Source: Eledone cirrhosa
Taxonomy: Eukaryota
Direction: 5' to 3'
DNA length: 64,000 nucleotides
NCBI GenBank assembly: GCA_964016885.1
Contig: OZ024740.1
Coordinates: 279,992,001-280,056,000 of the forward strand
Shown: piece after piece, positions 1 through 9,686 of the stretch
Position numbering within the stretch: position 1 is the stretch's first letter
Layout: every line of letters begins with the position of its first letter
Position numbers and translations under genes: made by a program
The notes under the pieces: model-generated
What the model was told of the DNA's origin: nothing
Databases searched by the model: none
The model's input: only the letters and a program-made list of their open reading frames with translations

Positions 1-60
1 GTGGTCGGATCGATTTGTAATTACTGGTACATGTGCAGACACTCATTGGCTATGTGCGGC

Positions 61-287
61 GTGAATTTCAGCAAGATATCTCCGTAAAATCAATAGTTGT
101 GGCTGTGGAACCAAACCGTGTTAAACGTCAACAAAGTCCGCCGGCGAATGGTGTACTTCGAAGAAAACGAATCCAAAAATGACGATTTGCCGGCGGAGTT
201 ACCTTTTCAATCGCGGGCCGGCGGCCCGTGGTCGAATCGATCTGTAATTACTGGTACATGTGCAGACACTCATTGGCTATGTGTGGC
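61..287. repeat. Representative long (L) monomer, 227 bp
   Basis: gtgaatttca starts at 61 and again at 288. The L-specific segment is 71-133 (gcaagatatctccgtaaaatcaatagttgtggctgtggaaccaaaccgtgttaaacgtcaaca). Successive 64-aa ORF starts are 227 bp apart. Confidence 0.98.
134..200. other. Imperfect inverted repeat (hairpin/cruciform potential) in L-type cores
   Basis: aagtccgccggcgaatggt (134-152) matches the reverse complement of acgatttgccggcggagtt (182-200) at 16/19 positions. The inner part, 137-149 against 185-197, matches at 12/13. Confidence 0.85.
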
Positions 288-483
288 GTGAATTTCAAGA
301 AAAGCTGCCCATGCTAAATGCGGAAGCTGAAGTCCACCAGCGAATGCTGTGCTTCGAAGAAACGAATCACAAAAATGCGAATTTGCCGGCGGAGTTACCT
401 TTTCAATCGCGGGCCGGCCACCCGTGGTCGGATCGATCTGTAATTACTGGTACATGTGCAGACATTCATTGGCTATGTGCGGC
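288..483. repeat. Representative short (S) monomer, 196 bp
   Basis: The S-specific segment is 298-329 (agaaaagctgcccatgctaaatgcggaagctg) and the next monomer starts at 484. Successive 75-aa ORF starts are 196 bp apart. Confidence 0.98.
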
Positions 484-710
484 GTGAATTCCAGCAAGAT
501 ATCTCCGTAACATCAATAGTTGTGGCTGTGGAACCAAACCGTGTTAAACGTCAACAAAGTCCGCCGGCGAATGGTGTGCTTCGAAGAAAACGAATCCAAA
601 AATGACGATTTGCCGGCGGAGTTACCTTTTCAATCGCGGGCCGGCCGCCCGTGGTCGGATCGATCTGTAATTACTGGTATATGTGCAAACACACATTTGC
701 TGTGTGTGGT

Positions 711-1298
711 GTGATTTTCAAGAAAAGCTGCCCATGCTAAATGCGGAAGCTGAAGTCCACCAGCGAATGCTGTGCTTCGAAGAAACGAATCACAAAAATG
801 CGAATTTGCCGGCGGAGTTACCTTTTCGATCGTGGGCCGGCCGCCCGTGGTCGGATCGATCTGTAATTACTGGTATATGTGCAGACACTCATTGGTCGTG
901 TGTGGTGTGATTTTCAAGAAAAGCTGCCCATGCTAAATGCGGAAGCTGCAGTCCACCATCGAATGGTGTGCTTCGAAGAAACGAATCACAAAAATGCGAA
1001 TTTGCCGGCGGAGTTACCTTTTCGATCGTGGGCCGGCCGCCTGTGGTCGGATCGATCTGTAATTACTGGTCCATGTGCAGACACACATTTGCTGTGTGTG
1101 GTGTGATTTTCAAGAAAAGCTGCCCATGCTAAATGCGGAAGCTGAAGTCCGCCGGCGAATGGTGTGCTTCGAAGAAAACGAATCCAAAAATGACGATTTG
1201 CCGGCGGAGTTACCTTTTCAATCGCGGGCCGGCCGCCCGTGGTCGGATCGATCTGTAATTACTGGTACATGTGCAGACACTCATTGGCTATGTGCGGC
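711..1298. repeat. S1-S2-S3 cassette (588 bp), first of 29 triplets
   Basis: Fixed order of diagnostic variants: S1 gaagtccaccagcgaatgctg; S2 gcagtccaccatcgaatgg with gcctgtgg and ggtccatg; S3 has the S-specific segment followed by an L-type core. Confidence 0.95.
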
Positions 1299-1752
1299 GT
1301 GAATTCCAGCAAGATATCTCCGTAACATCAATAGTTGTGGCTGTGGAACCAAACCGTGTTAAACGTCAACAAAGTCCGCCGGCGAATGGTGTGCTTCGAA
1401 GAAAACGAATCCAAAAATGACGATTTGCCGGCGGAGTTACCTTTAAAATCGCGGGCCGGCCGCCCGTGGTCGGATCGATCTGTAATTACTGGTACATGTG
1501 CAGACACTCATTGGCTATGTGTGGCGTGAATTTCAGCAAGATATCTCCGTAAATTCAATAGTTGTGGCTGTGGAACCAAACCGTGTTAAACGTCAACAAA
1601 GTCCGCCGGCGAATGGTGTGCTTCGAAGAAAACGAATCCAAAAATGACGATTTGCCGGCGGAGTTACCTTTTCAATCGCGGGCCGGCCGCCCGTGGTCGG
1701 ATCGATTTGTAATTACTGGTACATGTGCAGACACTCATTGGCTATGTGCGGC

Positions 1753-4125
1753 GTGAATTTCAGCAAGATATCTCCGTAAAATCAATAGTTGTGGCTGTGG
1801 AACCAAACCGTGTTAAACGTCAACAAAGTCCGCCGGCGAATGGTGTACTTCGAAGAAAACGAATCCAAAAATGACGATTTGCCGGCGGAGTTACCTTTTC
1901 AATCGCGGGCCGGCGGCCCGTGGTCGAATCGATCTGTAATTACTGGTACATGTGCAGACACTCATTGGCTATGTGTGGCGTGAATTTCAAGAAAAGCTGC
2001 CCATGCTAAATGCGGAAGCTGAAGTCCACCAGCGAATGCTGTGCTTCGAAGAAACGAATCACAAAAATGCGAATTTGCCGGCGGAGTTACCTTTTCGATC
2101 GTGGGCCGGCCGCCCGTGGTCGGATCGATCTGTAATTACTGGTATATGTGCAGACACTCATTGGCTATGTGCGGCGTGAATTTCAGCAAGATATCTCCGT
2201 AAAATCAATAGTTGTGGCTGTGGAACCAAACCGTGTTAAACGTCAACAAAGTCCGCCGGCGAATGGTGTGCTTCGAAGAAAACGAATCCAAAAATGACGA
2301 TTTGCCGGCGGAGTTACCTTTAAAATCGCGGGCCGGCCGCCCGTGGTCGGATCGATCTGTAATTACTGGTACATGTGCAGACACTCATTGGCTATGTGCG
2401 GCGTGAATTCCAGCAAGATATCTCCGTAACATCAATAGTTGTGGCTGTGGAACCAAACAGTGTTAAACGTCAACAAAGTCCGCCGGCGAATGGTGTGCTT
2501 CGAAGAAAACGAATCCAAAAATGACGATTTGCCGGCGGAGTTACCTTTTCAATCGCGGGCCGGCCACCCGTGGTCGGATCGATCTGTAATTACTGGTACA
2601 TGTGCAGACATTCATTGGCTATGTGCGGCGTGAATTCCAGCAAGATATCTCCGTAACATCAATAGTTGTGGCTGTGGAACCAAACCGTGTTAAACGTCAA
2701 CAAAGTCCGCCGGCGAATGGTGTGCTTCGAAGAAAACGAATCCAAAAATGACGATTTGCCGGCGGAGTTACCTTTTCAATCGCGGGCCGGCCGCCCGTGG
2801 TCGGATCGATCTGTAATTACTGGTATATGTGCAAACACACATTTGCTGTGTGTGGTGTGATTTTCAAGAAAAGCTGCCCATGCTAAATGCGGAAGCTGAA
2901 GTCCACCAGCGAATGCTGTGCTTCGAAGAAACGAATCACAAAAATGCGAATTTGCCGGCGGAGTTACCTTTTCGATCGTGGGCCGGCCGCCCGTGGTCGG
3001 ATCGATCTGTAATTACTGGTATATGTGCAGACACTCATTGGTCGTGTGTGGTGTGATTTTCAAGAAAAGCTGCCCATGCTAAATGCGGAAGCTGCAGTCC
3101 ACCATCGAATGGTGTGCTTCGAAGAAACGAATCACAAAAATGCGAATTTGCCGGCGGAGTTACCTTTTCGATCGTGGGCCGGCCGCCTGTGGTCGGATCG
3201 ATCTGTAATTACTGGTCCATGTGCAGACACACATTTGCTGTGTGTGGTGTGATTTTCAAGAAAAGCTGCCCATGCTAAATGCGGAAGCTGAAGTCCGCCG
3301 GCGAATGGTGTGCTTCGAAGAAAACGAATCCAAAAATGACGATTTGCCGGCGGAGTTACCTTTTCAATCGCGGGCCGGCCGCCCGTGGTCGGATCGATCT
3401 GTAATTACTGGTACATGTGCAGACACTCATTGGCTATGTGCGGCGTGAATTCCAGCAAGATATCTCCGTAACATCAATAGTTGTGGCTGTGGAACCAAAC
3501 CGTGTTAAACGTCAACAAAGTCCGCCGGCGAATGGTGTGCTTCGAAGAAAACGAATCCAAAAATGACGATTTGCCGGCGGAGTTACCTTTAAAATCGCGG
3601 GCCGGCCGCCCGTGGTCGGATCGATCTGTAATTACTGGTACATGTGCAGACACTCATTGGCTATGTGCGGCGTGAATTCCAGCAAGATATCTCCGTAACA
3701 TCAATAGTTGTGGCTGTGGAACCAAACCGTGTTAAACGTCAACAAAGTCCGCCGGCGAATGGTGTGCTTCGAAGAAAACGAATCCAAAAATGACGATTTG
3801 CCGGCGGAGTTACCTTTTCAATCGCGGGCCGGCCGCCCGTGGTCGGATCGATCTGTAATTACTGGTACATGTGCAGACACTCATTGGCTATGTGTGGCGT
3901 GAATTTCAGCAAGATATCTCCGTAAATTCAATAGTTGTGGCTGTGGAACCAAACCGTGTTAAACGTCAACAAAGTCCGCCGGCGAATGGTGTGCTTCGAA
4001 GAAAACGAATCCAAAAATGACGATTTGCCGGCGGAGTTACCTTTTCAATCGCGGGCCGGCCGCCCGTGGTCGGATCGATTTGTAATTACTGGTACATGTG
4101 CAGACACTCATTGGCTATGTGCGGC
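1753..4125. repeat. 11-mer higher-order repeat unit (7L+4S, 2373 bp)
   Basis: The marker monomer (gtgtacttcg / ggcggccc / tcgaatcga) has ORF starts at 1789 and 4162, offset 2373 = 7x227+4x196. The following monomers keep the same order. Confidence 0.85.
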
Positions 4126-7100
4126 GTGAATTTCAGCAAGATATCTCCGTAAAATCAATAGTTGTGGCTGTGGAACCAAACCGTGTTAAACGTCAACAAA
4201 GTCCGCCGGCGAATGGTGTACTTCGAAGAAAACGAATCCAAAAATGACGATTTGCCGGCGGAGTTACCTTTTCAATCGCGGGCCGGCGGCCCGTGGTCGA
4301 ATCGATCTGTAATTACTGGTACATGTGCAGACACTCATTGGCTATGTGTGGCGTGAATTTCAAGAAAAGCTGCCCATGCTAAATGCGGAAGCTGAAGTCC
4401 ACCAGCGAATGCTGTGCTTCGAAGAAACGAATCACAAAAATGCGAATTTGCCGGCGGAGTTACCTTTTCGATCGTGGGCCGGCCGCCCGTGGTCGGATCG
4501 ATCTGTAATTACTGGTATATGTGCAGACACTCATTGGCTATGTGCGGCGTGAATTTCAGCAAGATATCTCCGTAAAATCAATAGTTGTGGCTGTGGAACC
4601 AAACCGTGTTAAACGTCAACAAAGTCCGCCGGCGAATGGTGTGCTTCGAAGAAAACGAATCCAAAAATGACGATTTGCCGGCGGAGTTACCTTTAAAATC
4701 GCGGGCCGGCCGCCCGTGGTCGGATCGATCTGTAATTACTGGTACATGTGCAGACACTCATTGGCTATGTGCGGCGTGAATTCCAGCAAGATATCTCCGT
4801 AACATCAATAGTTGTGGCTGTGGAACCAAACAGTGTTAAACGTCAACAAAGTCCGCCGGCGAATGGTGTGCTTCGAAGAAAACGAATCCAAAAATGACGA
4901 TTTGCCGGCGGAGTTACCTTTTCAATCGCGGGCCGGCCACCCGTGGTCGGATCGATCTGTAATTACTGGTACATGTGCAGACATTCATTGGCTATGTGCG
5001 GCGTGAATTCCAGCAAGATATCTCCGTAACATCAATAGTTGTGGCTGTGGAACCAAACCGTGTTAAACGTCAACAAAGTCCGCCGGCGAATGGTGTGCTT
5101 CGAAGAAAACGAATCCAAAAATGACGATTTGCCGGCGGAGTTACCTTTTCAATCGCGGGCCGGCCGCCCGTGGTCGGATCGATCTGTAATTACTGGTATA
5201 TGTGCAAACACACATTTGCTGTGTGTGGTGTGATTTTCAAGAAAAGCTGCCCATGCTAAATGCGGAAGCTGAAGTCCACCAGCGAATGCTGTGCTTCGAA
5301 GAAACGAATCACAAAAATGCGAATTTGCCGGCGGAGTTACCTTTTCGATCGTGGGCCGGCCGCCCGTGGTCGGATCGATCTGTAATTACTGGTATATGTG
5401 CAGACACTCATTGGTCGTGTGTGGTGTGATTTTCAAGAAAAGCTGCCCATGCTAAATGCGGAAGCTGCAGTCCACCATCGAATGGTGTGCTTCGAAGAAA
5501 CGAATCACAAAAATGCGAATTTGCCGGCGGAGTTACCTTTTCGATCGTGGGCCGGCCGCCTGTGGTCGGATCGATCTGTAATTACTGGTCCATGTGCAGA
5601 CACACATTTGCTGTGTGTGGTGTGATTTTCAAGAAAAGCTGCCCATGCTAAATGCGGAAGCTGAAGTCCGCCGGCGAATGGTGTGCTTCGAAGAAAACGA
5701 ATCCAAAAATGACGATTTGCCGGCGGAGTTACCTTTTCAATCGCGGGCCGGCCGCCCGTGGTCGGATCGATCTGTAATTACTGGTACATGTGCAGACACT
5801 CATTGGCTATGTGTGGCGTGAATTTCAGCAAGATATCTCCGTAAATTCAATAGTTGTGGCTGTGGAACCAAACCGTGTTAAACGTCAACAAAGTCCGCCG
5901 GCGAATGGTGTGCTTCGAAGAAAACGAATCCAAAAATGACGATTTGCCGGCGGAGTTACCTTTTCAATCGCGGGCCGGCCGCCCGTGGTCGGATCGATCT
6001 GTAATTACTGGTACATGTGCAGACACTCATTGGCTATGTGCGGCGTGAATTTCAGCAAGATATCTCCGTAAAATCAATAGTTGTGGCTGTGGAACCAAAC
6101 AGTGTTAAACGTCAACAAAGTCCGCCGGCGAATGGTGTGCTTCGAAGAAAACGAATCCAAAAATGACGATTTGCCGGCGGAGTTACCTTTTCAATCGCGG
6201 GCCGGCCACCCGTGGTCGGATCGATCTGTAATTACTGGTACATGTGCAGACATTCATTGGCTATGTGCGGCGTGAATTCCAGCAAGATATCTCCGTAACA
6301 TCAATAGTTGTGGCTGTGGAACCAAACCGTGTTAAACGTCAACAAAGTCCGCCGGCGAATGGTGTGCTTCGAAGAAAACGAATCCAAAAATGACGATTTG
6401 CCGGCGGAGTTACCTTTTCAATCGCGGGCCGGCCGCCCGTGGTCGGATCGATCTGTAATTACTGGTATATGTGCAAACACACATTTGCTGTGTGTGGTGT
6501 GATTTTCAAGAAAAGCTGCCCATGCTAAATGCGGAAGCTGAAGTCCACCAGCGAATGCTGTGCTTCGAAGAAACGAATCACAAAAATGCGAATTTGCCGG
6601 CGGAGTTACCTTTTCGATCGTGGGCCGGCCGCCCGTGGTCGGATCGATCTGTAATTACTGGTATATGTGCAGACACTCATTGGTCGTGTGTGGTGTGATT
6701 TTCAAGAAAAGCTGCCCATGCTAAATGCGGAAGCTGCAGTCCACCATCGAATGGTGTGCTTCGAAGAAACGAATCACAAAAATGCGAATTTGCCGGCGGA
6801 GTTACCTTTTCGATCGTGGGCCGGCCGCCTGTGGTCGGATCGATCTGTAATTACTGGTCCATGTGCAGACACACATTTGCTGTGTGTGGTGTGATTTTCA
6901 AGAAAAGCTGCCCATGCTAAATGCGGAAGCTGAAGTCCGCCGGCGAATGGTGTGCTTCGAAGAAAACGAATCCAAAAATGACGATTTGCCGGCGGAGTTA
7001 CCTTTTCAATCGCGGGCCGGCCGCCCGTGGTCGGATCGATCTGTAATTACTGGTACATGTGCAGACACTCATTGGCTATGTGCGGCGTGAATTCCAGCAA

Positions 7101-9686
7101 GATATCTCCGTAACATCAATAGTTGTGGCTGTGGAACCAAACCGTGTTAAACGTCAACAAAGTCCGCCGGCGAATGGTGTGCTTCGAAGAAAACGAATCC
7201 AAAAATGACGATTTGCCGGCGGAGTTACCTTTAAAATCGCGGGCCGGCCGCCCGTGGTCGGATCGATCTGTAATTACTGGTACATGTGCAGACACTCATT
7301 GGCTATGTGCGGCGTGAATTCCAGCAAGATATCTCCGTAACATCAATAGTTGTGGCTGTGGAACCAAACCGTGTTAAACGTCAACAAAGTCCGCCGGCGA
7401 ATGGTGTGCTTCGAAGAAAACGAATCCAAAAATGACGATTTGCCGGCGGAGTTACCTTTTCAATCGCGGGCCGGCCGCCCGTGGTCGGATCGATCTGTAA
7501 TTACTGGTACATGTGCAGACACTCATTGGCTATGTGTGGCGTGAATTTCAGCAAGATATCTCCGTAAATTCAATAGTTGTGGCTGTGGAACCAAACCGTG
7601 TTAAACGTCAACAAAGTCCGCCGGCGAATGGTGTGCTTCGAAGAAAACGAATCCAAAAATGACGATTTGCCGGCGGAGTTACCTTTTCAATCGCGGGCCG
7701 GCCGCCCGTGGTCGGATCGATTTGTAATTACTGGTACATGTGCAGACACTCATTGGCTATGTGCGGCGTGAATTTCAGCAAGATATCTCCGTAAAATCAA
7801 TAGTTGTGGCTGTGGAACCAAACCGTGTTAAACGTCAACAAAGTCCGCCGGCGAATGGTGTACTTCGAAGAAAACGAATCCAAAAATGACGATTTGCCGG
7901 CGGAGTTACCTTTTCAATCGCGGGCCGGCGGCCCGTGGTCGAATCGATCTGTAATTACTGGTACATGTGCAGACACTCATTGGCTATGTGTGGCGTGAAT
8001 TTCAAGAAAAGCTGCCCATGCTAAATGCGGAAGCTGAAGTCCACCAGCGAATGCTGTGCTTCGAAGAAACGAATCACAAAAATGCGAATTTGCCGGCGGA
8101 GTTACCTTTTCGATCGTGGGCCGGCCGCCCGTGGTCGGATCGATCTGTAATTACTGGTATATGTGCAGACACTCATTGGCTATGTGCGGCGTGAATTTCA
8201 GCAAGATATCTCCGTAAAATCAATAGTTGTGGCTGTGGAACCAAACCGTGTTAAACGTCAACAAAGTCCGCCGGCGAATGGTGTGCTTCGAAGAAAACGA
8301 ATCCAAAAATGACGATTTGCCGGCGGAGTTACCTTTAAAATCGCGGGCCGGCCGCCCGTGGTCGGATCGATCTGTAATTACTGGTACATGTGCAGACACT
8401 CATTGGCTATGTGCGGCGTGAATTCCAGCAAGATATCTCCGTAACATCAATAGTTGTGGCTGTGGAACCAAACAGTGTTAAACGTCAACAAAGTCCGCCG
8501 GCGAATGGTGTGCTTCGAAGAAAACGAATCCAAAAATGACGATTTGCCGGCGGAGTTACCTTTTCAATCGCGGGCCGGCCACCCGTGGTCGGATCGATCT
8601 GTAATTACTGGTACATGTGCAGACATTCATTGGCTATGTGCGGCGTGAATTCCAGCAAGATATCTCCGTAACATCAATAGTTGTGGCTGTGGAACCAAAC
8701 CGTGTTAAACGTCAACAAAGTCCGCCGGCGAATGGTGTGCTTCGAAGAAAACGAATCCAAAAATGACGATTTGCCGGCGGAGTTACCTTTTCAATCGCGG
8801 GCCGGCCGCCCGTGGTCGGATCGATCTGTAATTACTGGTATATGTGCAAACACACATTTGCTGTGTGTGGTGTGATTTTCAAGAAAAGCTGCCCATGCTA
8901 AATGCGGAAGCTGAAGTCCACCAGCGAATGCTGTGCTTCGAAGAAACGAATCACAAAAATGCGAATTTGCCGGCGGAGTTACCTTTTCGATCGTGGGCCG
9001 GCCGCCCGTGGTCGGATCGATCTGTAATTACTGGTATATGTGCAGACACTCATTGGTCGTGTGTGGTGTGATTTTCAAGAAAAGCTGCCCATGCTAAATG
9101 CGGAAGCTGCAGTCCACCATCGAATGGTGTGCTTCGAAGAAACGAATCACAAAAATGCGAATTTGCCGGCGGAGTTACCTTTTCGATCGTGGGCCGGCCG
9201 CCTGTGGTCGGATCGATCTGTAATTACTGGTCCATGTGCAGACACACATTTGCTGTGTGTGGTGTGATTTTCAAGAAAAGCTGCCCATGCTAAATGCGGA
9301 AGCTGAAGTCCGCCGGCGAATGGTGTGCTTCGAAGAAAACGAATCCAAAAATGACGATTTGCCGGCGGAGTTACCTTTTCAATCGCGGGCCGGCCGCCCG
9401 TGGTCGGATCGATCTGTAATTACTGGTACATGTGCAGACACTCATTGGCTATGTGTGGCGTGAATTTCAGCAAGATATCTCCGTAAATTCAATAGTTGTG
9501 GCTGTGGAACCAAACCGTGTTAAACGTCAACAAAGTCCGCCGGCGAATGGTGTGCTTCGAAGAAAACGAATCCAAAAATGACGATTTGCCGGCGGAGTTA
9601 CCTTTTCAATCGCGGGCCGGCCGCCCGTGGTCGGATCGATCTGTAATTACTGGTACATGTGCAGACACTCATTGGCTATGTGCGGC
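2403..9686. repeat. Tandem duplication of a 17-mer (10L+7S, 3642 bp)
   Basis: The ORF-variant order from 2439 to 5854 is reproduced from 6081 to 9496 at offset 3642 = 10x227+7x196. Confidence 0.85.

Noticed and set aside
321-332. 5S rRNA similarity (cggaagctgaag versus the 5S box A region cggaagctaag)
   Set aside because: Only about 10 nt match, with no box C, no other 5S sequence and no 120-nt gene structure.
327-370. Hammerhead ribozyme in the S1 monomer (ctgaagt...hairpin...gaaac), as in newt or schistosome satellites
   Set aside because: The core reads CUGAAGU rather than CUGANGA, stem II does not abut GAAA, and I could not build stems I and III. There is no match on the minus strand either.
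288-483. Identity with the Trypanosoma cruzi 195-bp satellite or other well-known satellites (alpha satellite, CEN180, CentO)
   Set aside because: Only the length is similar. I see no sequence resemblance to those consensus sequences as I recall them, and a database search is needed for a real assignment.
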